A stretch of DNA of 64,000 bases from a virus. Its lineage: Duplodnaviria; Caudoviricetes. This document shows, piece after piece, positions 29,601 through 40,675 of the stretch. The position numbers and the translations under genes were made by a program. Below the pieces are notes generated by a model, which was not told where the DNA came from, made no database searches, and was given only the letters and a program-made list of their open reading frames with translations. The stretch's first letter is position 1, and the number at the start of each line of letters is the position of its first letter. The stretch spans positions 1-64,000 of the IMG/VR virus record IMGVR_UViG_3300046615_000451, one strand, 5' to 3'.

Positions 29601-32600
29601 GAAACGAATGTGGTTGATTGCAACTGCGACGAGTACATCCACGACTTTGAGCTGGTAGCGGATGATGCCGAGGCCGAGCAACCCGTGTCCGATCCGGTAA
29701 ACGAATTTGACGCCCGGTTTCTGCGGAGTATTGACAGCGGCAACGGCCAGCCCGGTGCATTTTCCCATAACAGCCGGCCCAGTGCATTTAACCATGAGAA
29801 TTATGGCGCCTGCGGACAGACGCCAAGGGTTTACGGCGGCTATCAGACCAGTGACAACAGGCCGATGTCCCATGACTTCACTAAGGCCCGCGATTTTAAT
29901 GCTGCATCGGCGCCTACGCCTGGAAGAGCCTATAGCGACTGGGCCAACAAGTGCGAGTCCGCGCCGGTAACGGTAGTAGGTGATGAACCATCGAGCCGCG
30001 ACTACCCGCACGGCGAATCCTTTTATCGCAACAAGGATGCAGACTGATGGATAACAAAACAATTGACGGCGTACCGCGTGAGTTGCTGGAGCGCATAGCT
30101 CAATGGGGCTCAGTAACTTGGCCAGATAAGAACAAACTGCGCGCTCTTCTCGCCAAAGCTGATGTCCCCCTCACCAATGAGGGAAACATGTCGGGCGTGG
30201 TCGGTACGGTTGTCGGCGGTGATTGCAGCCACAACACGGTAACCGTCCAGGTGATCGGTGATGTTCCAAGCGAGCTGTGGACGATGGGCGAGGCGGCTAC
30301 GCTGACTCACGGCCACCTAGCCGCCACGCCTGACTTTGACAGCGTGCTGGCGGACCACAATCGCCTGGTGCGTGAGCTGGACGTGCTGCTGAATGGCGAA
30401 GCTGGCGCCGCTGATCAGGCCAGCCTGTGCGATATCGTTGCCCAGGTGCGTATGGCGCGGAAGAAGCCCGGCACAGGTGCGCTCCAATTGCTGGCGCTGG
30501 TCCCTGACCAGGTTGTGGGGCGCGTGCATCACAACCCGGATCAACACGACCAGGTTCGCGCTGTGCTGAATGAATGCGGCCGCGCGCTGCCTGACCACGC
30601 GCCACTCTATGCCCGCCCGGCCGATACCCTTCTGCGCTACGTCCGTGCGCCGTCTCGGAAAGATCCGAAGTACCACGAGGAATGGCCAGAGATTGAAGGC
30701 GGCCCGGTGTTCGACGGCGTGACCTACTGCAAGGATTTGTTTGAGGCGCTAAAGCGTTTTAACGTTATAGTGGCGGAAACCATGCCAGAGGATGCCGTCG
30801 ATGAGTAACAAGGAACGATTTGCCGATATCGTCGGCCAGTTTGAGCGGTACGGCTGGCCGTCTGAGCCGGTATTGAACCTGCTGGAAGCCGTCACAAATT
30901 TAAACGATGACGTCTGCAACGACCGCTTGCTTGATCGCAGTCTGGCGCAGATCAAAGGCGCATTGGCGGCATTCACTCCGGCCGATACCAGCCAAGGCGC
31001 GCCGGTGGTGGGGGGGCCCGCAGGCTGGAAGCTGGTACCGATCCAGCCAACCCCGGACATGCTCAAGGCCGTTGACGACGAAGCTACGGACAAGCACTTG
31101 GCCCGTGGGCGCGCGATCAGCGCTTGGGGGTTGATGCTCGATGCTGCACCGATGGCTCAGTCCGTAATGCAAAGCATGGAAACGGCGCCGCGTGATGGCA
31201 CTCACATACTGGTGAAGCACATCGTCACTCACTACGTCCGCGAGCCCTGGCTGCCCCGCCCCGGTGAATACTCCCACGGTGAGTACCGCCCCGTAGGCCA
31301 CAAGTGGGAAGAGTTCTGGTTTGTGGACGGAAAGTTTGAAGCGTGGGGCGGTACTGACAAAACCCGCACGATCAACGGAGGCGGCGAGCCGATAGGCTGG
31401 GTTCCCCTCCCATACGATAAAACGCCAGAGGTGAAGTCTTGAACAACAACGAAGCTATTCCGGGCATGGTGCCTACATTCACCGGCACGCATGCGGTGAT
31501 GATCGATTCGAAGAACGGGCATTACGGGTGGGTTTTCTTTAAGCATCCGGACGGCGGTTGGGTTTCGTCCCGCAAAGCCTCGGAGGCAGAATTTAAGGCA
31601 GCCCAGCACCAGGTGCAGGCACTTACCGCTGGCGCTCATGCGTTCCTGGCGCCATCCCCGGCTGAAACGCCTGGCGCCAAGTGGCGCGCTGAGGGCTCCC
31701 CTGATCCACACGGGGAGAGTTACGACTGCGAGCGCGCCAATCTGTGCATGGGTGATTTAACGGACGATGAGCTGGCGAACGCGCTGTTTGTGTGTGACCA
31801 CCGCCGGAGCCTGGACAGCATTGGGTATTTGACGGCGGCCAAGGATCGCATCCGGTGGCTGTCGCGGGCGCTTGAGAAGGCGCAGGCCGGTGGCGGGTTA
31901 TGAGTAAGGCGTCTGTAACCCGCATTCGCCATGCGCTGCCAGTGAGCCAGGAGATTTCTGAGTCGCTGGCGGCGCTTGAGGCTGGCATTCGGGCCGCGAT
32001 AGGCAAGGCCAAGGACGATGGCTTGCCGCAAGGGCTGCTGTCGTCAATCCTGAGTGCCTATGCGCTACAGGAGACACAGAGAATGCTTGGGGGCGGTGAG
32101 TCATGAGTGAATTCAAGCACGAGCCATTGAAACGGATCCGCGAAGACGTTGCCGGGGAGGGGATCTTTGTCCGCCTGTGGCAAGAGCTGATGCAGTGCTC
32201 GATTGAAGAGCACTCCCGGATCATCGTGACGCCGAACAACAAACTGGGCGAAATCATGATGTACAGCCCGGTGGAGGTGACGCAGCGCACGGCGAGCATC
32301 TGCGCCGAGTTCTGCCGCTACTTGGGCACGAATGGCGGACGCGGCTATCTCCAGTTGATCGATGAGCAGGTGAAGATCCAGCGTTCCAGGGAGCAGGCAG
32401 CGATTGCGGCGTGGGCGCTTGAGAATCGCCGGTGCTTTGGCACCAATGGTGGGCGCCGAACGATTGAATTCCTGCTGTCGTCTGTGTGGGGCGAGACTGC
32501 CAATCCCGCCGATATCTCTTTTGAAGACGTGGAGGCGGTCGACGCGATGGCCAGCTGGCTGGGCACGAAAGAGGGTGCGGACTTCGCGGCTGAGGGGGTG

Positions 32601-32714
32601 CGCCGGATCGATGAGGCCTATCAGCAAAAGCGCGCAGCCGAGCGTGAGGCATTCTGGAACTTGCACCATCCGATCCAGATCCAACCACCGAGCACTATAG
32701 TGCTTTTGCGTTAA
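26676..32714 (+). other. Run of coupled hypothetical accessory ORFs: 26676-27026, 27023-27892, 27889-28245, 28238-28942, 28932-30047, 30047-30808, 30792-31442, 31439-31903, 31900-32106, 32103-32714
   Basis: Continuous ATGA-type overlaps on +; several mosaic Pseudomonas-phage-type segments (GWKLVPIQPTPDM, METAPRDGT, MGDLTDDELAN). Confidence 0.65.
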
Positions 32715-32954
32715 AGCTCTTTAGCGCCAAATAAAGCCACCCGATGGCCGTACATAATCGGCGGTTGTCGAGAGTGCCCTTGCTTTTATCTCAAAACTGA
32801 TATAAATTGAGTGTGTTGGGTTACATAAAGCTCTGTGACCAATGCCAAATGAGGCGGACAGGCTACCCAACATCCCTAAATGACAGGAGAGGCATCATGA
32901 GCCCACAACATAAATTCAGATTTAATCGGCGACGAAGTCGTCTAAGGAACCTTA

Positions 32955-33284
32955 GTGAAAAATCAGGAATTGAAGCCACTCGAATGGGTCGGTAGTAGCA
33001 AAGAAGATCTGCGGGACTTCCCGAGTGAAGCGAAGCAGCGAGCAGGGTATCAGTTGGAAATCCTGCAAGAAGGCGATGAGCCTGATGATGCGAAGTGGAT
33101 GAAAACCGTTGGGCCGGGTGTGCAAGAGATCCGGATCAAGTGTGATGATGGGGCTTTTCGCGTGTTTTATGTGGCCAATCGGCCGGAAGCAATCTACGTG
33201 TTGCACGCGTTCCGAAAGACCACTCAAAAGACGGAAAAGCGCGATATTGATTTGGGCAAAGCTCGATTGAAATCGCTGGACTGA
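32955..33284 (+). CDS. RelE/ParE-family (HigB/Gp49-like) toxin
   Basis: LEWVGSSKEDLRDFP...GVQEIRI...FRVFY...YVLHAFRKTTQKT. Confidence 0.9.
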   Translation: MKNQELKPLEWVGSSKEDLRDFPSEAKQRAGYQLEILQEGDEPDDAKWMKTVGPGVQEIRIKCDDGAFRVFYVANRPEAIYVLHAFRKTTQKTEKRDIDLGKARLKSLD

Positions 33285-33387
33285 AGCTCGGGCGCCCCCT
33301 CACCACCAGGTGGGGGAAAGGCGTTTCTACCTTCGATGCTACTCAACGATCTACATTATTGATAAGCAAAACTAGAGGAATTACCTA

Positions 33388-33672
33388 ATGGCAAACGAAC
33401 GCTCTACCTCTGTGTGGGATGCGTTGGTTGATTCGCCAGAAGAGGCTGAAAATCTGCGCCTGCGATCCAAGCTGATGCGGGCAATCACCCGGACTGTAAA
33501 GAGCTGGGATGTCGCGCAGAAGGAAGCGGCTCAGCGGCTGCATGTGACACAGCCGCGCCTGAATGATTTGTTGAAGGGGAAAATTGATAAGTTCTCCCTG
33601 GATGCACTGGTGAACATGTTGGCCAGCGCCAATCTGGAAATAGATGTAACTGTGAAGATGAAAGCCGCGTAA
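33388..33672 (+). CDS. HigA-like XRE-HTH antitoxin
   Basis: LRLRSKLM...QKEAAQRLHVTQPRLNDLLKGKIDKFSLDAL. Confidence 0.9.
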   Translation: MANERSTSVWDALVDSPEEAENLRLRSKLMRAITRTVKSWDVAQKEAAQRLHVTQPRLNDLLKGKIDKFSLDALVNMLASANLEIDVTVKMKAA

Positions 33673-33692
33673 GTGCGGTAGGCTCACAAAAG

Positions 33693-33719
33693 AAAGCGGC
33701 CAATGTGCCGCTTTTTTTT
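33693..33719 (+). terminator. Intrinsic terminator after the TA pair
   Basis: aaagcggc/gccgcttt stem plus T8. Confidence 0.8.
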
Positions 33720-33826
33720 GCCCAGCAGAAAGTGGCTGGTCTGTGCGGAAGAGGCCTCGGTTTCGCTTTCATAGTATTGTTTGGTGGCATAACGCCAACA
33801 AACAACCCTGAAAGGGATTTTCCTGG

Positions 33827-34462
33827 ATGTCTAAAAAGCTTGCCGCACTCGCTCTAACCACTGGCCTTGGCCTACTTGCGGGCATGCCCAGCGCAGTTGC
33901 TGGCGTGAGTCTGTTCAAGGATTACACCTACGGCACGCCCATTGATAAATACACGCGTTCGGCCGGTTATTACGACTGTTCGAATAGCGAGCAGAAGGGG
34001 CGGTGCACCGACAATTTCAACTTTGTCGGGGAAAAGTTCACGGCGGTGCTGTACTTCCGTGAGGACAAGCTAGACATGGTGGCGCTCATCGCCCCGTACA
34101 AGCAGAGCCTGTACCCGAAAGTCTCCGACGCGCTGGGTAAGTCGTTCAACATCATTTCAATGGAAAACGAGAAATCGTTTATCGACATGGTGACGCTGAG
34201 GAACACGGCCACCCAAGAGGACTACGTGAAACAGTTCACGGCCTTTGAGCGTGCCGCGCTCGCAACGGGCGACCTGACCTATACCTATCTTGAAGTGCCG
34301 GACACCGTGGGTTATGCGGATGTTGGCGCGATCATGCAGGCCGCGCCGGAAGACGTGAGGCGCGCCGCGGTTCGGCTCGTGCGCGACGAAGAGTCGTCCA
34401 GCTTGGTGGTGCGGTTCGAATTGCCCAATGTGAGCTATAAACACGTAGCTGAGGCTTTCTGA
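33827..34462 (+). CDS. Secreted/periplasmic hypothetical protein (moron)
   Basis: Sec signal MSKKLAALALTTGLGLLAGMPSAVA. Confidence 0.7.
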   Translation: MSKKLAALALTTGLGLLAGMPSAVAGVSLFKDYTYGTPIDKYTRSAGYYDCSNSEQKGRCTDNFNFVGEKFTAVLYFREDKLDMVALIAPYKQSLYPKVSDALGKSFNIISMENEKSFIDMVTLRNTATQEDYVKQFTAFERAALATGDLTYTYLEVPDTVGYADVGAIMQAAPEDVRRAAVRLVRDEESSSLVVRFELPNVSYKHVAEAF

Positions 34463-34477
34463 TAAGGATCCCCAACC

Positions 34478-35191
34478 ATGGCGAAGAGCAAGCCGTTAAC
34501 CCGAATGATTCCATCGGGATACGATGACGAAAAGATCGAAATCGACACCTACCAGGAAAAGCACTGGCCGAAAAACCAGCGGCTGGTGGTCGAGCGATTC
34601 CCGCTTAATCCCATTTTGCGCGATTGGTTCGACCAGACGCCCAACGACCAGCGCGAGCCCTTGGAGTTGGCGCACTGGTGGGATTTGCCCTTTATCGTCA
34701 CGGACACTTGGGAAGACTGCGAGACGCATTTTCGCAACCACCAGTCGAGGCTGCGTGCCGAACGTATCGCCGGCGCCCTGACTGAAGAGCAGGTAGCGGC
34801 CGAAATACCGACGCGCAAGGCTGAATGGTTCAAGGGATGGCCAACGGGTACACGCTATGAGGTGCGCTGTCTGGATGGCGGGGCTTGGGATCGCTCCACG
34901 CACTGGGGAATGGTGGCTACCCTGGAGGAAGCTGTGGCGAAATGCGAAGCCGGACCGGTATGGCGCCGTGATCTGGACGCGATGAGCGAAGAGGTGCGGA
35001 CCGCCGCGGGCTTGGTCCTAGAAGGCTTGCCAGGCTTCCAGCGCGTCGAGGTGTGGACCGAAGACTACGACCTGACTGGCGTTTGCGATAGTTGTGGCGA
35101 AGTTGCACCGCTGACCAATGACGATCTGTGTCGTAAGTGCGCTGAGGGTGGTGTGCCTGCGAATGGTGATGACGACCAGCCCGCGAACTGA
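34478..35191 (+). CDS. Hypothetical protein
   Basis: YEVRCLDGGAWDRSTHWG segment; C-terminal CDSC...CRKC. Confidence 0.6.
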   Translation: MAKSKPLTRMIPSGYDDEKIEIDTYQEKHWPKNQRLVVERFPLNPILRDWFDQTPNDQREPLELAHWWDLPFIVTDTWEDCETHFRNHQSRLRAERIAGALTEEQVAAEIPTRKAEWFKGWPTGTRYEVRCLDGGAWDRSTHWGMVATLEEAVAKCEAGPVWRRDLDAMSEEVRTAAGLVLEGLPGFQRVEVWTEDYDLTGVCDSCGEVAPLTNDDLCRKCAEGGVPANGDDDQPAN

Positions 35192-35199
35192 GAGCCCCC

Positions 35200-35436
35200 A
35201 TGAGTACCGAGAAAACCCGCCGCCGGATCAGCGCGGCCCTGGACCTGATCGACGAAGCACCCGACCCGTTGCGGGTGCGCTTTGTCGCCGCCTATGCCAT
35301 CGGCTACATCGACGCGCTGCACGACGAGCAGATAATCAGCATCGACGGCGCGCAGCTCTACCGTGAAGACATTCAGGAGCGCCGCCGGAGCCGTCTGGCC
35401 GAGTTCGGTATCGAGCAGGACGACCGCGAAGGGTAG
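35200..35436 (+). CDS. Hypothetical protein
   Basis: Helical 78-aa ORF. Confidence 0.55.
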   Translation: MSTEKTRRRISAALDLIDEAPDPLRVRFVAAYAIGYIDALHDEQIISIDGAQLYREDIQERRRSRLAEFGIEQDDREG

Positions 35437-35549
35437 CCGCATGCGTTACACGTAAAGCCTGATATCATCACCGCTCGCTCTGCCTTTGTTGGCTGTGGTG
35501 ATGTATCCAGGGGGATGGCCGTCGAAAACTTCCCCCTTGGATCGCTGGT

Positions 35550-35586
35550 AAAAGCCCTGACGCTGTAATGGTGTCAGGGCTTTTTT
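35550..35586. terminator. Bidirectional intrinsic terminator
   Basis: aaaagccctgac/gtcagggctttt stem plus T-run. Confidence 0.75.
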
Positions 35587-35685
35587 ATGTCTATTTTCCA
35601 GATAAATACATAAAATTGATGTATTGAGTTTTGTGGCCGGTGTATAGTGGCGCCAAGCCAGAAATAGCCAGTCAGGTACACGGGT

Positions 35686-36417
35686 ATGTCGGACACTGAA
35701 AACGTCGTAGAGATAGGCGAGCTGCGGCTTGCAAGGGTTGCGCAGGGTTATCTGCGGATGCGTGAAGGCTGCCAGCACAAGCAGGTTGAGCTCGACGATA
35801 CCGGCGAAGTTGTCACCTGTATGGCCTGTAAAGTCCAAGTATCCGCGTACTGGGCGCTGAGCATGCTCACCACCTATTGGGCCGACAACATGCTCAAGGT
35901 GAAGCGCGCACAGGAGGCGGCCAAAGAAGAGCGCGGCGCCGTGTTGCATCTGACAGCTGCCAAGAAGGTCGAGGCGGCTTGGCGTAACAGAACCATGGTG
36001 CCGGGCTGCCCACACTGCAATCGCGGGATCTTTCCGCAAGACGGCTTTGGCGGCTCGATGATTCAGCGTCGATTTGAGGAAGGCCTACGTGAGCGGGAGA
36101 GAGCAGACAGCATTGCGCAGGGATTGCCGGTGGTAGCGAAGCTGTTGCCTCGCAAGACCGTGAAGAGAACCACACCAGCCAACGCAAAACCACGCTCCAA
36201 GGTCAAACCCCGCCCATTGTGGGCCAACGCACCGGCTTGGGCTGAATGGCTCACAGGTGACGTTAAGGGGCGCTGGACGTGGCACCAGATCGAGCCCTTT
36301 GAGGTATCGAGCGAATATCAGAGCGGATCCATGAGCGAGTTTGCCGGCACGACGCTGGCGGCCGCGGATGGTGCTGGTATCAAAGAGAAGCGCCCACGGG
36401 CCGAGCCGTCCCAATGA
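35686..36417 (+). CDS. Zinc-finger hypothetical protein
   Basis: C.H, CMAC, CPHC motifs. Confidence 0.6.
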   Translation: MSDTENVVEIGELRLARVAQGYLRMREGCQHKQVELDDTGEVVTCMACKVQVSAYWALSMLTTYWADNMLKVKRAQEAAKEERGAVLHLTAAKKVEAAWRNRTMVPGCPHCNRGIFPQDGFGGSMIQRRFEEGLRERERADSIAQGLPVVAKLLPRKTVKRTTPANAKPRSKVKPRPLWANAPAWAEWLTGDVKGRWTWHQIEPFEVSSEYQSGSMSEFAGTTLAAADGAGIKEKRPRAEPSQ

Positions 36418-36611
36418 TCACCCGTAACCACACTGGCCATCGCGTTGGTGCCTGTCACCAGCACGCCAAGCTGACCACTGCGCAGGTTCTGGCTATTCGT
36501 GCTGACTACGCCGCCAAACGTGGCGGCTACATCGTACTGGGCCGCCTACACGGCTGCGGAGCTTCGACAGTCCGCGACATTGTTCTGTATCGAACGCGCT
36601 GGGCTGCATAA
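36414..36611 (+). CDS. Small HTH protein
   Basis: AKLTTAQVLAIR...LGRLHGCGASTVRDIV. Confidence 0.6.
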   Translation: MITRNHTGHRVGACHQHAKLTTAQVLAIRADYAAKRGGYIVLGRLHGCGASTVRDIVLYRTRWAA

Positions 36612-36645
36612 GCGCTTACACCCCTTAACCGTCTGGAAACCTGAA

Positions 36646-37743
36646 ATGAGCCGAGAAGAAGAAAACAAGCTGCTGGCTGATAGCGCTGAGTGGCTGAAGG
36701 ATCATGCTTACACCGAGCTGGCCAACACGAAGGGCGTAGAGGTGTGGCGCTGCCAGCAGCCCGGCACCGTCCATTTGGCGTTCGACATCTGCATTACCCG
36801 GTTCGGTATTTCCGTAATGGGCGATATCGGCTCGCTGGCGTTCTCTGTGGGAGCGAGCTACGGCGTGAAGTTCCTGGCCGGTACCGATGGGGATTACATC
36901 TTTGGCAAGCTGGAAGCGTCCAGCAAGACAACCGAATTCGATCTGCCGGGGTTTATCCAGCGAGTGGAAGACGTCATGTGTGATTGGCTTTCGCATTCGC
37001 GTGAGTCGGCGCCGGAGTGGATGGAAGACTATTCAAAGAATCAGGGGCGCGGAAAGGATATTGAGGCGTGGTTGCTCGCCAATGCCGAGGGAGACGGCGA
37101 GTTGTCGGCGCTGGTCGTTGCTCTGCGTGAGGCGTGGGCATTTGAAGGTGATTCGTCAGCGGCCCATGAATGGCTGGTAGACCATGAAGAGCTGTTAGAA
37201 GTCAGTGATACGTGGGAGTGGGATCTACGCAAGCCTACTGACAGCGTGCTGCGCCGTCTGGCCAGGGTGCGCCATGCTGCGCGGATGATCATGGCTCAGA
37301 AGGCCACGGCCGAAGCCGCTGCACAGGCAACCGAGTACTGCTACGCCCTCGGCCCGGCGGATGAGCGTTGGAGTAGCGACAGCTTGGCGTCATACGTGAG
37401 CGACCACGAATTGACTATGGGCGCAGTGATCCAGCGCGCGGTGATATCCCGTAGTAGCGCAAGTAGCTTCCTGCCTGATGCCAATGACGTGATCGAGCAC
37501 ATGGCGAACTCTGCCGCCGACGAAAACAGCGAGTTTGCCGATGGATTCCCCGACGCCACTAAAGAGCAGGAAGCCGAGATTGAGCGCCTGTTGAAGCCGC
37601 TGACAGCTTGGGTCGACCGAACTTTCGACGTGAATTTCTACACCGTCGAGGGCAAAACCATTGAGGCTTACACCGTGACCGCCGAAGACGTGGCCGCTGG
37701 CGAGGCGTACCGCAAGACTCTGGAAGCCGAGGTGGCGGCATGA
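36646..37743 (+). CDS. Hypothetical phage protein
   Basis: AFDICITRFGISVMGDIG segment; start MSREEE at 36646. Confidence 0.6.
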   Translation: MSREEENKLLADSAEWLKDHAYTELANTKGVEVWRCQQPGTVHLAFDICITRFGISVMGDIGSLAFSVGASYGVKFLAGTDGDYIFGKLEASSKTTEFDLPGFIQRVEDVMCDWLSHSRESAPEWMEDYSKNQGRGKDIEAWLLANAEGDGELSALVVALREAWAFEGDSSAAHEWLVDHEELLEVSDTWEWDLRKPTDSVLRRLARVRHAARMIMAQKATAEAAAQATEYCYALGPADERWSSDSLASYVSDHELTMGAVIQRAVISRSSASSFLPDANDVIEHMANSAADENSEFADGFPDATKEQEAEIERLLKPLTAWVDRTFDVNFYTVEGKTIEAYTVTAEDVAAGEAYRKTLEAEVAA

Positions 37744-38174
37744 CTGCTACAGCCGAAACGAAGACGATCGTTGTCGAGACGTGCAAGCTGGAAGGGCTGG
37801 CGCTGAATTGGGCTGTAGGGAAAGCGCTGGGCTGGCTGGACTATCCCGATGATTCGATAGAGCAAGGCGCATGGTGGTACATCGACCCGGTAAAAGCGCC
37901 ATTCTGCGAGCGTACTTACAAGGCAGATTGGAAACCATCTACTGACTGGCGCCAGACCGGTGAGCTGGTGGACGCCCATATCAAGCGCATGGGTGACTGT
38001 GCCGAGCCTGTAAATGGTTGGGATGCCCTTCGCGATGGCAAACAGTGCTACGCCATGAACCATAACAGCGACATGGCCTTTGGATCGACCAAGCGCATTG
38101 CAGTGTGTCGTGCTGTGGTGCTGGCCAAGCTGGGAACGTCGGTGGAAGTGCCGGCCGTATTGGTGACCCAATGA
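37740..38174 (+). CDS. NinX/DUF2591-like protein
   Basis: LEGLALNWAVGKA...PSTDWRQTGELV. Confidence 0.7.
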   Translation: MTATAETKTIVVETCKLEGLALNWAVGKALGWLDYPDDSIEQGAWWYIDPVKAPFCERTYKADWKPSTDWRQTGELVDAHIKRMGDCAEPVNGWDALRDGKQCYAMNHNSDMAFGSTKRIAVCRAVVLAKLGTSVEVPAVLVTQ

Positions 38175-38632
38175 CTACCGAATTCAACATCCTTAATCAT
38201 CCGTGGCCGCTTCCTGAAAGAGCTGCCGCGCCGACACCCCGTGAACAGTTTGAGGCCCAGGCCTTGGTGCTGGCTGTGAAGCACTACGGATACGAGCCAA
38301 GCGATGCGCTGTTGAAATCGATCCTGGAGCGCCGCGCCAATGATCGTTACATGGTGCCGTGGGTAGATGGCGCTTGGATTGGCTGGCAGTCGGCGATTGA
38401 GGCCGTTGAAGGGATGTCGGTGATTACTATCGATCCGCCAGACCTTTCCGGTTTCGAGGATCGAATCAAGGCGCTGATTGAAAAGGCGAGTCACCAAGTG
38501 AACCCGCGTCAGTTCATGGTTGTTCTGCCCAAGGGGGGCAGCATGTGGGACGACGAACCCGTTGAAATTAAGCGCAGTGACGCGGTGACAGCCATTGAAG
38601 CCGCTGGCGGCACCGTGAAGGGGAAATCATGA
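38171..38632 (+). CDS. Hypothetical phage protein
   Basis: REQFEA...Y.......AWIGWQSA pattern. Confidence 0.55.
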   Translation: MTTEFNILNHPWPLPERAAAPTPREQFEAQALVLAVKHYGYEPSDALLKSILERRANDRYMVPWVDGAWIGWQSAIEAVEGMSVITIDPPDLSGFEDRIKALIEKASHQVNPRQFMVVLPKGGSMWDDEPVEIKRSDAVTAIEAAGGTVKGKS

Positions 38633-39081
38633 ATACCGGAATCGTGCTTGTTGATGTCGCTGTAAAGGATTTATCAGGGGCTGCGCTTGATTGGGCGGTG
38701 GCTCAGGTTGCCCCTCAATGCCAAGGGCTCAAGTGGGAATGGCAAGGCGGCTACTACATGGCTGGTAAAGCCCCTGAGACGGGCGATACCTGTGTTTTTA
38801 TCTGCGGATCAGGCGTTATCACTGCTACGCGCTTGGCTCGCGACCTTGAAGCCCCGCGCTACAACCCTTCCAGTTCTTGGGCTCAGTGCGGGCCGCTGAT
38901 CGACAAGTACAAGGCGTGTTTTGCTGCCTATGACTACGGGTATCTGTGTCGGTTGGCGCATAACGACCTGCACCATGGCCAAGGGAAAGGTCCGGACCAT
39001 CTTACCGCCGCGTGCCGTGCCATTGTCGCCGCCATCCTTGGCGATATCGTCAAAGTCCCTGCCTGCCTGGTGATGCCATGA
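38629..39081 (+). CDS. Second NinX/DUF2591-like protein
   Basis: LSGAALDWAVAQV...YNPSSSWAQCGPLIDKY. Confidence 0.7.
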   Translation: MNTGIVLVDVAVKDLSGAALDWAVAQVAPQCQGLKWEWQGGYYMAGKAPETGDTCVFICGSGVITATRLARDLEAPRYNPSSSWAQCGPLIDKYKACFAAYDYGYLCRLAHNDLHHGQGKGPDHLTAACRAIVAAILGDIVKVPACLVMP

Positions 39082-40011
39082 GAAACCATAATCAAGAATT
39101 GTTGACCTTTGCTGCCAAGGCTATTGGCCAAGGCCCGAGCGGCACCTATTACGCTGCTGGTGGGTGGTCGCCAAGCACAGAGCAGCACTTCAAACCATCC
39201 AGTGGCATTGGGGGCGGATGTGACACTTCCGGCTGGGATCCGTTGAACGATGACGGCGACTGCGCTCGCTTGGAGTCTGCGCTGATGTTGTCCGTGGTGT
39301 GGGGTGAGAGCGAGGTAAGCATCCATTACCAGGGCGATACCCTTAGTAGGCAGTCTTACGCGATGTTCGGCGGTGATCGAAACATGGCTCGCCGCCATGC
39401 GACGGTTAACGCTGCCGCCTTGATCGGAGGGGCTATGGCATGAAGGTGTTCGAAATTGAAATGACCGTGACGGCCGTGGTTGCGGCTGAGAGTGAATTTG
39501 CAGCTGAGCAGTGGGCGGATCTGAATATGGTCGAGATTTGTAACGGTTCTACAGTGCTGGCCACCAGTTCCCGCGAAATCACGTCGCGCGCCGAGTTGGA
39601 CACGGTGGAGAACGGCCAGTGGAACGACGCCCAGCCGTATGGTCTGCCGTCGGGTGATAAGCGCCTGATCGTGGACCTGCTGCCGTTCGATCCGACCGCG
39701 CCGTATCGCTGTGAGCAGACGGAGGACATGTTTTCGCCTAACCCGGTGACGGCTGGTATTGACCGCGACACTACTGGAGCGATAGGCCAGCCATGACTTT
39801 CGAGAAAAAGCGGATAGAAAACCCTGTTGTGCTGCTGAGCGATCCGGACGGCGATAAATTGCGGAAAATCGTCGAAGAAATGGCGCGCAATGAACAGATC
39901 GTCTCCTACGAGTACCAGGGCGAAGGCGCTGATGGTCATTCGTACAAGCTGACCATGGTGGCGCCGGTTGAATATATCTCCATGACTCAGGTGTTGAAGC
40001 GTGAGCCGTAA
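39078..40011 (+). other. Three coupled hypothetical ORFs: 39078-39443, 39440-39796, 39793-40011
   Basis: ATGA overlaps; WDPLNDDGDC.RL motif in the first. Confidence 0.55.
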
Positions 40012-40306
40012 TGTTTACCGCTATGCCGACACCACCATGACGCTGGCCACCTACAAGGAAGCCGACAAGCTGGCGGGCTTTCGATTGGATCGGCGCAAGC
40101 ATTACCTGATCGAGGGCAACGAGGTACAGGAGCAAGGCCGGTTCACCATGCGCTGCTCAGGTTGCTGCTGCGGCTGCGAAATGGGCGGGTGTGGCTGTGG
40201 CAACGCTGGGTGTCGGGAGTGTGGCTATACCGGGCGGGCGCGACATGTCGAGTGGGGGCCGGTGATAAAGCCAGAGTCTGCTATCCATCAAAACAATCGA
40301 AATTAA
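40001..40306 (+). CDS. Cys-rich small protein
   Basis: CSGCCCGCEMGGCGCGNAGCREC contains 9 Cys. Confidence 0.6.
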   Translation: MSRNVYRYADTTMTLATYKEADKLAGFRLDRRKHYLIEGNEVQEQGRFTMRCSGCCCGCEMGGCGCGNAGCRECGYTGRARHVEWGPVIKPESAIHQNNRN

Positions 40307-40315
40307 GAGAGCGAT

Positions 40316-40663
40316 ATGAAAATCAATACAGGCGGTTCAAGCGTAACCATCGACGGACGCACGTTCACCGGCAAGAGCATCAGCATTAACGGTGACAAGG
40401 TGGTGATCGATGGCGTAGAGCAGGCCGGTTCGTTGGTAGGCCCTGTGAGCGTGACAGTGAACGGCAACGCTGATTCGGTTGAAACCACGTCGGGCAAGGT
40501 CGAGGTCACCGGCACTGTAGGGCGTGTAAAGACCATGAGCGGCGCCGTGCGCTGTGGGGATGTTCGGGGCGATGTAGGCACCATGTCGGGCGACGTGACC
40601 TGTGGATCGGTTGCAGGCAACGCTAAAACCATGTCGGGCGACATCACTGGCTTGCGCAAGTAG
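40316..40663 (+). CDS. Beta-solenoid repeat protein (DUF4097-like)
   Basis: Repeated V.G.V.T.SG.V units. Confidence 0.7.
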   Translation: MKINTGGSSVTIDGRTFTGKSISINGDKVVIDGVEQAGSLVGPVSVTVNGNADSVETTSGKVEVTGTVGRVKTMSGAVRCGDVRGDVGTMSGDVTCGSVAGNAKTMSGDITGLRK

Positions 40664-40675
40664 GGCAACGGATCG

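Noticed and set aside
21788-40663. Known anti-defence genes (Acb2, Tad1, Tad2, Acr) among the small ORFs
   Set aside because: No ORF matched the motifs I remember; an HMM search is needed, so absence is not proven
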